A DNA stretch of 63,144 bases, filler included, from Octopus bimaculoides (taxonomy: Eukaryota), in NCBI RefSeq assembly GCF_001194135.2. It is 8 parts of 6 records of this genome, joined end to end, with 100 filler letters (N's around TTAATTAATTAA, not from the genome) between each part and the next. Parts side by side here need not be neighbours in the genome. Positions count along the whole stretch, not along the records: positions 5,753 to 15,098 come from NC_068992.1; positions 15,199 to 21,697 come from NC_068985.1; positions 21,798 to 28,812 come from NC_068992.1; 5 more parts are not named here. One strand, 5' to 3'. Under the pieces are notes generated by a model. That model ran no database searches. It worked only from the letters and a program-made list of their open reading frames with translations, and was not told the DNA's origin. The position numbers were made by a program, and so were the translations under genes. Position 1 is the first letter of the stretch; the number at the start of each line of letters is the position of its first letter. This document shows positions 12,348-25,639 of this stretch, in pieces.

Positions 12348-12756
12348 AATTAGTCAATTAATTAATTATTGGATTCTTACACCTGTTTCTGGGATATCTC
12401 AAGTGATAGGCTAGCACGTCTGTATACTAGGTATTCTATCATCAGAGACAAGGTGAGTATGTAGGAAAGGTCTAGACAGGGAATTCACAGTTTATAAAGG
12501 AATAAAATAGTAGATATAAGAACAATGAGTAAAACAGTTCTCCTGCTTGCATTCTTCTATCGACCGTTTTACTCTACTTTACAATCTATTACTTTATTCC
12601 TTTACACACTGTGAATTCCCTGTCTAGAATTCTCCTACATACTCGCCTTGTCTCTAATGACGGAATGAATACTCAGTGTATGGAGAACCTAACCTATCAC
12701 TTGGGATATCCCAGAAACAAGTGTAAGACACCTAATAATTAATTAATTGACTAATT
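12348..12756. repeat. Foldback element with ~190-bp imperfect inverted arms
   Basis: aattagtcaattaattaattatt...ctagacagggaattcacag is mirrored by ctgtgaattccctgtctag...aataattaattaattgactaatt. Confidence 0.8.
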
Positions 12757-12992
12757 CCTTAATTAATTACTTCAAATTTACCTTACTCTAATTAAATATT
12801 TTCAATGACATGAGGTACTCGTCCAGCCTTGGTTTTGTTGTCCTTTTTCCTCTAATATTTACGTAGTAACTCGGAAGACTACTACGGATCTTTGGCTCCA
12901 GCCTCAACTATGAACTTGGGACTTAACGGATGACTAATCATAACACTTACACAACGTTTAGATCACCAGTAAACTAAGCACCTGATATTCTT

Positions 12993-13025
<33 letters not shown>

Positions 13026-14099
13026 ATATATATATATGACGAACTTTTGCACAATTTCTGTCTATCAAGTTCACTAACAGGGTATTGGCTTGCCCATGAT
13101 GCTGTGCAGTAACACTGAATGTGTTACGTGTTTTCAAAGCGAACCACTTAACCACACAACCACGTGTATGGTGCAGATAAATTCCGCTTAAATCGTCGAA
13201 CCAAGAGTTTTAAATTAAACGTATTAGACATATTATAAACAGGAGCAAATTGAAACTTCGTAACTACCAACTTTAAAACACGAGTACAACATATTCTTTT
13301 TCTCCTCGAAGATCTACTAAAATTTGTTTTCATGATAGCTACGATGCGAATTGTCATATTCTTTTTGCAGATTTCTAAGAGAATCTATAAGAGAAATGAA
13401 TTTCTAAGCTGTTATTATGTTTGTTCTAACTGTTTCAGCTCCTTAACAGTAATGTTCTCACAACGGTTTTTCATTCATATGACACTAGTAAAATAAAATA
13501 TTTATTTCCAAATATACATTTCTCCAATATAAGATTCCTTCTCTATCTTTTTTTTCACACAAACGTTTTCAATGTAACAGATACATAGTTTCTTTCGAAA
13601 ACAGTTTTTACTTTCATATTGGCAAAGTAGATAAATAAAAAGAATTTGACATGTCAGATTTGGTTCAAACAACAGATTATATTCTATAAGGAAATCTTTT
13701 CGAATCTTTGAATGTTGATTATAAATTTTATTTTGTATCAGTACAACTCGTCTTTGTAAATGGCCGTCTACGTATATAATACATAAACATATCATTCTCA
13801 TCTACAATACAAATACGATGCATTCACACATATACACACAGATATATATATACATCTATATATATATGTGTGTGTGTGCGTGTGTGTGTGTGTGTGTGTA
13901 TACACACACACATAAACATATATACATACTTTCATGCACACACAAACACACACATATATATATATAACGGGATATATATATACGGATCATAGAACATATA
14001 TTACGAGAGTATTACTTTAATCTTAATTTGCATAACATGAGTCTTTATGGTACATGTAAACAACTGCAAAACAGTAACAATAAAAACAGAAATAATAGT

Positions 14100-14230
14100 T
14101 CCGTCTACCATAGATACAAGGCCTCAGTACCAAGTCGACCACAGCGGAATTCGAACACAGAACGTTAAGACGGATGAAATGCTACTAAGAATTGTGCCCG
14201 GTGCATGAACGATTCTGCCAGATCGCCGAT
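14100..14230 (-). mobile_element. SINE family A, partial
   Basis: aagtcgaccacagcggaattcgaacacagaacg...gattctgccagatcgccg. Confidence 0.75.
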
Positions 14231-14760
14231 TATTTAATAATGTTAATAATAATACTAATAATAATAAATTAATTTGTTATATAAGGGCAGGCTTCGAAGT
14301 ATGCGTGGTGAGGAATCAAACGTACCAGAGAACGTTTAGTTGGCAATTTAATGTAACGACAACCTCGGAAGGATAGAAATTAAAGGTGGCACCGATGGAA
14401 TTTGAACTCAGAAATATAGAACTAAATACCACAAGGTATTTGGCACTCTAATGATACTACTAATTTTGAAATATTTTTTCTTCTATTTGTGCGAAAGTAT
14501 TGAAGTATTGACCCTGCTATTAACTAATATTTCAAATGTGATTTGAAAGGACAAACTTATTCAATGGGGGTGGGCAGTATTATTACCGAATGACAATTTA
14601 TACAGCTTACTGAATATGGATGTATTCATAAGACCACCCTAATGCTACAGCGCTTGCACTGAAAAAAAACATCCTTATAAGAGCCCGCTGCATAAAAGCA
14701 TAGGGGTATCGGTAGCAGAGGAGCAAGGTCTGGCAGCAGAGATGAAGACGGTGTATCACG

Positions 14761-14917
14761 TCATTTCGACGTTTTGTGCCTCGTCAGAACCAGACATCGA
14801 ATGTCTCTTCCACTGATGTATAAAGGTAATGAAAAGTATTCTTGACGCTGTGCATCATTTGAATTCCTTCGGATTTCATCATCGATCTTGGTGCGGAGGT
14901 TTCTGGAAATTTTGTTG
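14761..14917 (-). CDS. Candidate terminal coding exon of the unnamed minus-strand gene (NKISRNLRTKIDDEIRRNSNDAQRQEYFSLPLYISGRDIRCLVLTRHKTSK*)
   Basis: Moderate acceptor attcctttcaaAG; phase-2 start is compatible with the 24417 donor; a second frame is also open, so the reading is ambiguous. Confidence 0.3.
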
Positions 14918-15198
14918 CTTTGAAAGGAATATTTTTAAATATACATGAATGCTAGCTCGATACTACCCATCGGTACTTTCCATCAACTGAACAATGATCT
15001 CATTTCTTTCAATATTTATGCCCAGGTTTTGTTAAGTTCAACAAGGACACGTGTCTATACGTGTGTGAATATATATATCTATCTATCTATATATATATNN
15101 NNNNNNNNNNNNNNNNNNNNNNNNNNNNNNNNNNNNNNNNNNTTAATTAATTAANNNNNNNNNNNNNNNNNNNNNNNNNNNNNNNNNNNNNNNNNNNN

Positions 15199-15239
<41 letters not shown>

Positions 15240-16273
15240 AACGTCGGTGTGTGTGTATGCATTTCAATTTACAAAGACGAAAAAAAAAAGTACGCAAGCA
15301 CAGAGCAATTATCTATTGTAGTGCTGCTATTTACTCAGTTATAACTCCGAGTTTCGTAATTGTTGTCACTGATCCTTCTATTGTCTTAATAAGGAAAAGG
15401 ACACATTCGACAACCCAACCCTGGATTCTTCTAAACAGCTGGGGCAATCAGGGCTGCCGAAGACTTTCAACCACACATCTACCCGATTAGAGGTACTAAA
15501 CCAAGGAAATATACTAACTAGGAGTGGCACCGCATCATTTAATAAGGTTTCTCAATAGATTTCGAATAATAAGAATCGTGCAATTTGCTCTTCTGGCGAT
15601 GATTGAAGCTAATTTGTTTTTTTTATATTTTTATAGATTAATTACGTAACTTAATTATTCTGCAACCCTCACCAAAAACACATAATGCACCGAATATAGA
15701 AATAACAGTAAAAAAAAAAAGAACTATGTATTATTTGAAATATAAATAATTATATAACTGCTCTGCTAAGGGAAGCATCTTTTCAAGCAGATTAAGAATT
15801 TAGCATGATCGCGCATCACTCCTTAAAAACTTGGAATATAGTTACTAATTATTTAGGGAGGGGGTATGAAAGTTTAGCGGCGACCCCTAAGAAATGTATG
15901 TGAATGTATAGTTAGTTGCTACAATTTATCATCATCCTTATTGCTTTTGTTGTTGAATCATTTATACATTGCACCTGCTTCCATCATTATGTCTATTGAG
16001 CTCACATAGAGACAGCAGGTACTTGATCAAAACTTGAGTAAATTCAAACACTCAGGAAAAAAAAATTTAAGGGCAAGTGAAAAGAAAAAAAAAACCCTGA
16101 GAAAATAATATACATATAAAACTCATGTTATAATAAAAGGGAGAAAGAAGAAAAAAGGAATGAATTTTTAATAAATAAACAAAAAATATGGTTTACCTTG
16201 ATCAGAGACGCAAACTGGTAATTAGTGTATTAAAAATCCAATAGGTTAGCTTATATATTCAAAAGAGAATGGT

Positions 16274-16357
<84 letters not shown>

Positions 16358-18570
16358 CACACGTGTGTGTGTATTTGTATACACGCGTATTTTTTTCAAA
16401 CTATGTACACCACTTTTTATACGCACAAACACACACGTATATATATATATATATATATATATTTTATATATAAATGTATGTGACTTGGTAAAACGGTTTT
16501 GTAATTATATATTCCGATTGTAGAGAAGAATATCAATGAAATGAAACAATATTCGATGATTAAGGTAAAATAAACATTTCAGCACTTGTGTATATATAAT
16601 TCACGATTTCTCCCCCGCTCTCGTCTCCATAATTTTTAAAACATATAAAAAAAACAAAAAAACGTATGTGTTTTGTATAAATAATCTTATATAAAATATT
16701 TCTTATCTTTTACCTTGTCTGATTTGTTGCGATTAGTGTATTTGTGTGTGTGTGTGCGCGTGTGAATGAGTATGTATATATAAATACATATACATATATA
16801 TATAGTATATACTAAACGCACACGAGTATGCAAGCAATATGTTTATGTATATTTACACAGACCTATGTAACTATGCTGGCTGCTGTGTTTATGTTACATT
16901 CATGGTGGAAGCTTCTTTTTCAACTCGGTAATAACCTCCGTTTACATTCCAGATCGGTGTATATATATCATCATATAAACCAAGAGACAGATGTATTTAT
17001 ATACACAAATATATATATATGTGTGTGTGTGTGTGTAAATATATATGTAATATATATCCGTTGTATATTTTGTTTATATTGAAAAAAGTATCTTTTATCT
17101 CTCTTATTGTTTTAAATGTTCTATGATCCACATGAGAAATTTAAGAAATAAATATGTATGTTTATATACATGTAGCTGTATATAAAAGGATGTTATATAT
17201 ATATATGTACGAAAGTTTTATAGATTTAGTGAAGAAGGTACGTTGACGTAGTGCAGATTTTAATATTATTTACTTGGTAATCTAGACATATAAGTACTTT
17301 GGTAAACTAATATTCATAACACTTCAGTGTTTAAAACATATACAGTTTTGTGTGCGCGTTTATAAACCGAAAGTTGATTTCTTTTGGGTTATTAATAACT
17401 TATGAATGTTGATGTACATGTTTACATAGATAAATATAAATATGTAATAGCTTAAATATAGTGTGTGTGTGTATGTCTGTGTATAATGATGTATTTTTGT
17501 TTGTTGATCGCGTCCTACCTTCTTGTTTTGTGTCTTCTACTGTTATGTTTAGTAGCGTGTTTGTTTGTTATTCGCCTCTAGAATGGTTAGTCAAAGGTTT
17601 AATACAGCTTTACAACAAACACAAACCTTCTTCTTAAAGAGTTTGGTGTTTTATGCATAGTTGCACACACATTAGGGGGACAGAGAGACAGAGACAGAGA
17701 GCGTGGGGTAGAGAGAGAGAAGGAGAGAAGTAACAATTTCCACGACACGGTAACAACATTTAGAAGCTTCGCTGTTGTTTGTTGTGAGTGAGTGAATAAA
17801 TATGTATATGTGTTTCCATGAGAAAAATGGCGAGAACCTAACAACACGTCTGATCGCCTTCTCTTCCGAGTGTAACAGAGAATGTATTGCGACTAGACTT
17901 AAGTTATCCAAGCTTTGTGTGTGTTTCTTTTTTTTTTTGTCTTCTTTTTCGTATATTTACTATATACAGAGGTGGTAGCAGTAGTCAACAAGATGGAAGT
18001 GGTAACGCTATCGACAGTAACGTCGGTAGCAAATGATGATAATGTTGTTGTTGTTTGTCCTGTTACTCAGTCTCTTCTCTTCACCGTTAATGATGAAACT
18101 AGTAGCACCGCCTTCCGACCTACACCTTTCAGGTCTCATGGGAAATGTGAATAAATTTAAATTTTTCTTCTTTTTTTTTTCCTTTTAATGTAATTAATTA
18201 GCAAATAGCTTATGTACAATAATCGGACAAAATGACGGATAATAATTTTAAAACAAATTTTTTCAGTTTACGGACTATACCGGAAATCAACGAAAAATCG
18301 ACGGAATTTTTACATGGTAGGCGTTTGAAAGAATTGCTAATATTCCTTTATTAAACTCAATTTTTCAATCGAGTTTTGATTATTGTTTCTAGATTTACAA
18401 AACAAAATGAATATTTCTAAAATAAAGCTTAAAGACATTCTCGGTATATTCCGCCAGCTCTGATTATCGGCTTTACAAGTGTGTGTTCAAGGGTTGTTTT
18501 TCATACTATCACACATTAACATTAAAGTGTTGGTCTGACTTATTCAACACATTGAAATATTAAAACACAC

Positions 18571-18612
<42 letters not shown>

Positions 18613-19832
18613 NNNNNNNNNNNNNNNNNNNNNNNNNNNNNNNNNNNNNNNNNNNNNNNNNNNNNNNNNNNNNNNNNNNNNNNNNNNNNNNNNNNNNNNN
18701 NNNNNNNNNNNNNNNNNNNNNNNNNNNNNNNNNNNNNNNNNNNNNNNNNNNNNNNNNNNNNNNNNNNNNNNNNNNNNNNNNNNNNNNNNNNNNNNNNNNN
18801 NNNNNNNNNNNNNNNNNNNNNNNNNNNNNNNNNNNNNNNNNNNNNNNNNNNNNNNNNNNNNNNNNNNNNNNNNNNNNNNNNNNNNNNNNNNNNNNNNNNN
18901 NNNNNNNNNNNNNNNNNNNNNNNNNNNNNNNNNNNNNNNNNNNNNNNNNNNNNNNNNNNNNNNNNNNNNNNNNNNNNNNNNNNNNNNNNNNNNNNNNNNN
19001 NNNNNNNNNNNNNNNNNNNNNNNNNNNNNNNNNNNNNNNNNNNNNNNNNNNNNNNNNNNNNNNNNNNNNNNNNNNNNNNNNNNNNNNNNNNNNNNNNNNN
19101 NNNNNNNNNNNNNNNNNNNNNNNNNNNNNNNNNNNNNNNNNNNNNNNNNNNNNNNNNNNNNNNNNNNNNNNNNNNNNNNNNNNNNNNNNNNNNNNNNNNN
19201 NNNNNNNNNNNNNNNNNNNNNNNNNNNNNNNNNNNNNNNNNNNNNNNNNNNNNNNNNNNNNNNNNNNNNNNNNNNNNNNNNNNNNNNNNNNNNNNNNNNN
19301 NNNNNNNNATACATACATACACATACATATAATTATCAAATAAAATTTAATTGTACGTCTGGTGTTCTTCGCACGTCATTAATGCACTCTCTTTTCTAAT
19401 CTCAGGAGATACCTAAGAAAAAAAAAATATCAGAACAACTGAACATTTATTAGTTATTATTTAAGGGTGATGTACAACTGTTTGTGTTTCGTAAGGGTAC
19501 CACAAGTATTAAAAGATTACGAATCTCTAAAGTAGACCAATATTGACGGAGTTGAAATTCTGTGTCTGTGTGAGGGAAAGATAGATACTGTTCTCCACTT
19601 ATTCTCTTAATAGCTATGTCTACTTGCCTGAGATTAAGATCGTTTTAGTTCAACAACACATCCATCAGATAAGGTCACCAAAACAAGATTAGAATTTTTT
19701 TCTTTTAATCAACCGGTTATATGTAGACACACGGTCTATGTATGTATGTATGTGTGTATGTATGTATGTGTGTATGTATGTATGTATCTATCTATTTATC
19801 TATCTATTTTTCTTTCTGTCTACCTGTTTACC

Positions 19833-19893
<61 letters not shown>

Positions 19894-19965
19894 GTCTGTC
19901 TATCTATCTCTGTCTAAAATGTGTGTGCCTCCGTGTGCATATATATATATATATATACATACACA

Positions 19966-20001
<36 letters not shown>

Positions 20002-20814
20002 NNNNNNNNNNNNNNNNNNNNNNNNNNNNNNNNNNNNNNNNNNNNNNNNNNNNNNNNNNNNNNNNNNNNNNNNNNNNNNNNNNNNNNNNNNNNNNNNNNN
20101 NNNNNNNNNNNNNNNNNNNNNNNNNNNNNNNNNNNNNNNNNNNNNNNNNNNNNNNNNNNNNNNNNNNNNNNNNNNNNNNNNNNNNNNNNNNNNNNNNNNN
20201 NNNNNNNNNNNNNNNNNNNNNNNNNNNNNNNNNNNNNNNNNNNNNNNNNNNNNNNNNNNNNNNNNNNNNNNNNNNNNNNNNNNNNNNNNNNNNNNNNNNN
20301 NNNNNNNNNNNNNNNNNNNNNNNNNNNNNNNNNNNNNNNNNNNNNNNNNNNNNNNNNNNNNNNNNNNNNNNNNNNNNNNNNNNNNNNNNNNNNNNNNNNN
20401 NNNNNNNNNNNNNNNNNNNNNNNNNNNNNNNNNNNNNNNNNNNNNNNNNNNNNNNNNNNNNNNNNNNNNNNNNNNNNNNNNNNNNNNNNNNNNNNNNNNN
20501 NNNNNNNNNNNNNNNNNNNNNNNNNNNNNNNNNNNNNNNNNNNNNNNNNNNNNNNNNNNNNNNNNNNNNNNNNNNNNNNNNNNNNNNNNNNNNNNNNNNN
20601 NNNNNNNNNNNNNNNNNNNNNNNNNNNNNNNNNNNNNNNNNNNNNNNNNNNNNNNNNNNNNNNNNNNNNNNNNNNNNNNNNNNNNNNNNNNNNNNNNNNN
20701 NNNNNNNNNNNNNNNNNNNNNNNNNNNNNNNNNNNNNNNNNNNNNNNNNNNNNNNNNNNNNNNNNNNNNNNNNNNNNNNNNNNNNNNNNNNNNNNTATAT
20801 ATATATATACATAT

Positions 20815-20975
20815 ATACGACGGGCTTCTTTCAGTTTCCGTCTACCAAATCCACTCACAAGGCATTGGTCGGCCCGAGGCTATAGTAGAAGACACTTGCC
20901 CAAGATGCCACGCAGTGGGACTGAACCCGGGACCATGTGGCTGGTAGGCAAGCTACTTACCACACAGCCACTCCT
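20815..20975 (-). mobile_element. SINE family B (young, 5' part)
   Basis: Near-identical to the 36275 and 48437 copies; explains the ORF text 'RRASFSFRLPNPLTR'. Confidence 0.85.
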
Positions 20976-21301
20976 GTGTAGTACAAATATGTAATTCAAG
21001 TTATCAAATTAAACATCAAGAAATAAATTTGAAATGTCGGATGAGTAGAAGTCAGTATGACAGAAAATATTAAAAAAAAAATAAATGCATACACACTCAC
21101 ATACTCATGCACGCGCACACACACACATACACTTGTATGTGCGCACATTTTTGTCTGCGCACACATATCCCTCACGTATACAAATCATACATTATAGAAA
21201 TGAGTATTAGGAATTATATATATTGTACAGAATAATGTTAATTAAACTCTAGTACATTTGCTTGCTTGCGTGTGTGCAAGTGTGTATGAGTGTGTGTATG
21301 A

Positions 21302-21382
<81 letters not shown>

Positions 21383-21807
21383 TGTGTGAATATAGGCTTG
21401 GCTGAACGAACAGGTTAAATACATACATACGTGTGTGTGTGTGTGTATACTACAGAAAGATAAAATGGAATAAGCAGAACAAGAGGCGACACGTGGGATA
21501 GAGATTTACTGAAGAGGTCACAGGATGTGTGACGAAAGAACTTTGACAAAGAAACTAAAATAATGATAATAATTTAACTGAGTCGAAGACTAAATATATA
21601 GTGCGTGTGTCTAAATGTTAAGATGTTACCATCTCAAAGTATAACGTTATATTATATTATATTATATTATATTATATTATACTATATTATATATATANNN
21701 NNNNNNNNNNNNNNNNNNNNNNNNNNNNNNNNNNNNNNNNNTTAATTAATTAANNNNNNNNNNNNNNNNNNNNNNNNNNNNNNNNNNNNNNNNNNNNACA
21801 CACACAC

Positions 21808-22299
21808 AAAATCATTAAAAGCCACAAACAACCAAAATCACTGAAAAAGATCCTCACAAATGCAAAATTATTTTCCAAAATAACAGATGCGAAAGTAAAA
21901 AAATGTGGTCGACCAAATTGTGCAACATGTCCAAAGATTCTAAAAGGTTCAGGATTCCTCTTCAAAGAGGGACACAAATTCAAAGTTAAATCTAACTTTA
22001 CTTGTGCCACAGAAAACCTTATTTATGTAATAAGATGCTCGGGCTGCCACGAGAACTACATAGGGTCCACAGGATATTCGCTCAGACGCAGATGCACTCT
22101 GCATCGACAGCAGATTGCATGCCCAGAATACCGAATGATACCTTTTAGTGAACATATTGAGAAATGCGCAAAACAAATGCTACCACAATTTATAATTTTT
22201 CCTTTCTATCAATGTACCATTAGAACACCAACACAGATTAGATTAAATAAGGAAACCTTTTTCATTCAAAAATACAAACCCAAACTTAACCATTGCTAA
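21808..22299 (+). mobile_element. Penelope-like retroelement ORF 3' end: GIY-YIG endonuclease, open frame of 163 aa running out of a gap
   Basis: Manual translation KIIKSHKQPKSLKKILTNAKL...KCGRPNCATC...FTCATENLIYVIRCSGCHENYIGSTGYSLRRR..LH...FSEH...RLNKETFFIQKYKPKLNHC*; CxxxxCxxC, (G/L)IY-YIG, R, H, E, N motifs typical of PLE endonucleases. Confidence 0.9.
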
Positions 22300-22865
22300 C
22301 ACATTTAAATAAGGAAATTCATCACTCCTCTGAGAAAAAGGAAAAAAANNNNNNNNNNNNNNNNNNNNNNNNNNNNNNNNNNNNNNNNNNNNNNNNNNNN
22401 NNNNNNNNNNNNNNNNNNNNNNNNNNNNNNNNNNNNNNNNNNNNNNNNNNNNNNNNNNNNNNNNNNNNNNNNNNNNNNNNNNNNNNNNNNNNNNNNNNNN
22501 NNNNNNNNNNNNNNNNNNNNNNNNNNNNNNNNNNNNNNNNNNNNNNNNNNNNNNNNNNNNNNNNNNNNNNNNNNNNNNNNNNNNNNNNNNNNNNNNNNNN
22601 NNNNNNNNNNNNNNNNNNNNNNNNNNNNNNNNNNNNNNNNNNNNNNNNNNNNNNNNNNNNNNNNNNNNNNNNNNNNNNNNNNNNNNNNNNNNNNNNNNNN
22701 NNNNNNNNNNNNNNNNNNNNNNNNNNNNNNNNNTATATATATATATATATTGGCAAAGCGCTTTCAAACCACATCCTTGTTGAATGTGAACATCACACAG
22801 CTACGTTACGTGTCAATTGTTTCAAATGCTAGGTCACATTATCACAAATAATAGTAAGAATGAAC

Positions 22866-23197
22866 GCTCATGGCTCAGTGGTTAGATCGTCAAGCTTACG
22901 ATCGTGACGTTGTGAGTTGGATTCCCTGACCGGGCTGCGTATTGTGATCCTGAGCAAGACGCTTTATTTCACGTTGCTCCAGTTCACTCAACTGTGGAAA
23001 TGAATTGCAGCGTCACTGGTGTGAAGCTGTATCGGCCTTTGCCTTTCCCTTGGATAATATTGGTGGCATGGAGAGGAGAGTCTGATAAGCATGGGTGTCT
23101 GCTGGTCTTCCATAAAAACAACCTCACTCGGGCTGGTGCTTCGGAGAGTAAGTTTCTAGGTGCAATTCCTATGGTCATTCATGACTGAAGGGGGTCA
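22866..23197 (+). mobile_element. tRNA-derived SINE, family C
   Basis: A-box tggctcagtggttag, B-box-like gagttggattcc, then tttatttcacgttgctccagttcactcaactg. Confidence 0.75.
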
Positions 23198-23289
23198 CCC
23201 AGTGATAATGATCAATTTGGTAGATGTGTTTTCTTTTATATTTTCTGGATCTAGCAATAGCAGCAGTATTAATCCTCTGTATTATAGGT

Positions 23290-23470
23290 ACAAGGAGGGG
23301 AGGGGAGGAGACCAGTCTATTACATCGACCAAAGTGTTTCACTGGTGCTTAGTTTATCGACCTCGAAACGATGAAAGCAAAGTCGACCTGAGCGGAATTT
23401 GAATTCAGAAGTGCAGACAGACGAAGTGCCGCAAACCATTTCACCCGGTGTGCTAACGATTTTGATAGCA
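23290..23470 (-). mobile_element. SINE family A
   Basis: Family A consensus, reverse strand. Confidence 0.8.
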
Positions 23471-24416
23471 GCAGTATCAATGGCCATATACGCCTGTCTT
23501 ATGGGACCAAACTCTTGAGGATCTCATTTCAGCGACTAGCATTTCTCTTCAGACCTTACGAAGCAGTTCAGTACCCAGACACATTATACGTACAATGCCA
23601 AGCTCAAGTTGTGCTGGCAAGAGGCATTAAGCCATCTCCTGAATATTCGCCGAAAACATTTTTACCGTCGGTAATTTGCCGTAGGAAATTACAGCGTAAA
23701 GGTGCAACACAAGCTTACTGTAAACTAGATAAATCAGTTTAAAGGGTAGTAGTGAAATTGTTACTCCCCTTCCCACGTGACAAAGTGGTACGACATGTAT
23801 GAGGTCAGTAGTAGTAGAATATTTGGACGAATTCTCAGTTGGAGTCAGTGTTAGTTACTTGATATATACGAGTTCGATTTACCGCCAAGATAGGCGTTCC
23901 AAAGTCACTGTCTTGCTGAGCTATCAGCGATAGCACGATAGAGACGAGTCAAAGAAAATACGACGCGGAATACCGCCACAACATAACAGTGGTAACAAGA
24001 ATATTACAGTGCCGACGGTAATATACAAGTGGAGGATGATCTACATTATAGCATAAAGATTTTATTTTTCCCTAATTAGTAGGTTAGTTGTTAGGTTGCC
24101 ACAGCATTTTTTGTTGCAATTTTATTTTTCGGCCATTGTTTTTTTTTCTTTTTTTTTTGTGGCGTCCAAAAAATGTTCACGGCGAATTTTGATATAACGA
24201 TCCGGGACGACACAGCTTTGTGAATGACATATATTCCTGATCGTGTTCAGTTAAAAGCCATTTGACTAACTGGCGTAAAGATGTTCATGGTTCCAGCTTC
24301 TGGCCTTTCGATATACTCTTTCGCCTTTTTGGCTGTTCTGAAACGACCACAATTGCCTTCATTCCTTCCTTCCTTCCTGACTTTACTCTGTTCACGTACT
24401 CTCTTGCCGCAATTAC

Positions 24417-24650
24417 TTCTGAATTAACGAACTCCCTTCCACGGCCATATTGTGCCTAGCGACAAAATACCGAAGTAGGTTTCTAAATACAACGCCCTGC
24501 TCTTTCCGTCGGAGAACGTCGGATCTATGGAATTTTACCCGTTCTAACGGCTTTTCTATAACAATCACTTGCAACAGTTTAAGCAGGTCGTTAATGGTCT
24601 TGCTACATTGGAAGGGATTACGAGTGTCGTAGGCGATACTGCTGCTTCGT
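24417..24650 (-). CDS. Candidate coding exon of the unnamed minus-strand gene (RSSSIAYDTRNPFQCSKTINDLLKLLQVIVIEKPLERVKFHRSDVLRRKEQGVVFRNLLRYFVARHNMAVEGSSLIQ)
   Basis: Strong acceptor ttttctatttgtttcctttAG; 77 open codons in non-repetitive DNA; donor GAA|GTAATT (alternative CGG|GTAAAA at 24539); phase 2 to 2. Confidence 0.5.
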
Positions 24651-24899
24651 CTAAAGGAAACAAATAGAAAACATCATCAGCACCACTACCACCACATCAT
24701 CATCACCTTCGTAGTCGTCGTCGCCGTCGTGATCATCATAATCATCATCATAATCACCATCATCATCGCATCATCATCATCATCATCATTGTCGTCATTA
24801 CAGTCAGCATCATACTCTTGCTCCTTCTTTTCCGATTCTACTCTTTAATCCTCCTTCGCCTCCCCTCTTCCTCCTCCACCTCCCTTACTACTACTACTG

Positions 24900-24932
<33 letters not shown>

Positions 24933-24971
24933 TTGCAGCTACTAGTTTTGATACTAGTACTGCTGCTGCTG

Positions 24972-25044
<73 letters not shown>

Positions 25045-25131
25045 AACCACCACCAAAACCACTACCGCCACCACCATTACCACCACTGCTGTAGCTATTA
25101 TTGTTGCTACTAGTGCTGTGGCTGCTGCTGT

Positions 25132-25197
<66 letters not shown>

Positions 25198-25199
25198 AT

Positions 25200-25340
25200 T
25201 TCGTCCGTCCTTACGTTCTGATCTCAAATTTCGCTGAGGTCGATTTTGCCTTTCACCCTCGAGGATCGATAGAATCGGTACCAGTTAAACACTGGGTCGA
25301 TGTAATAAACTAGCCTCCTCCCTCTCAGATCCCAAAGGAC
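25200..25340 (+). mobile_element. SINE family A, 5'-truncated
   Basis: ttacgttctgatctcaaatttcgctgaggtcgattttgcctttcacc... Confidence 0.75.
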
Positions 25341-25598
25341 TATCACTATTATAGCGATCATCATCATCATCATCATCGTCATCGTCATCATCATCGTCAT
25401 CATTATTATTGATGTAGCATCTGTTGTTAGTGTGCACTGACTGAATGGTGTTTGGGGCTCCATTATAAATTTTATCATTATAAATTAATCTATAACACAA
25501 CGTCATTGTAGAAATGTGTTATTGCGCAGGTGGTTTCCAACGAAACATTTTCGATAACTCATCGTTTGCATTTCACAATACGTCACAATACCACACGC

Positions 25599-25639
<41 letters not shown>

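Noticed and set aside
22866-22945. tRNA genes at SINE heads (also 44113, 36275, 43858)
   Set aside because: A/B boxes continue directly into multicopy SINE bodies and there is no complete cloverleaf
23470-23760. Protein-like plus-strand frames (WPYTPVLWDQTLEDLIS...; 75-aa ORF) as a myosin N-terminus
   Set aside because: Only the LEDLI match; frames close early and splice sites are unconvincing on either strand
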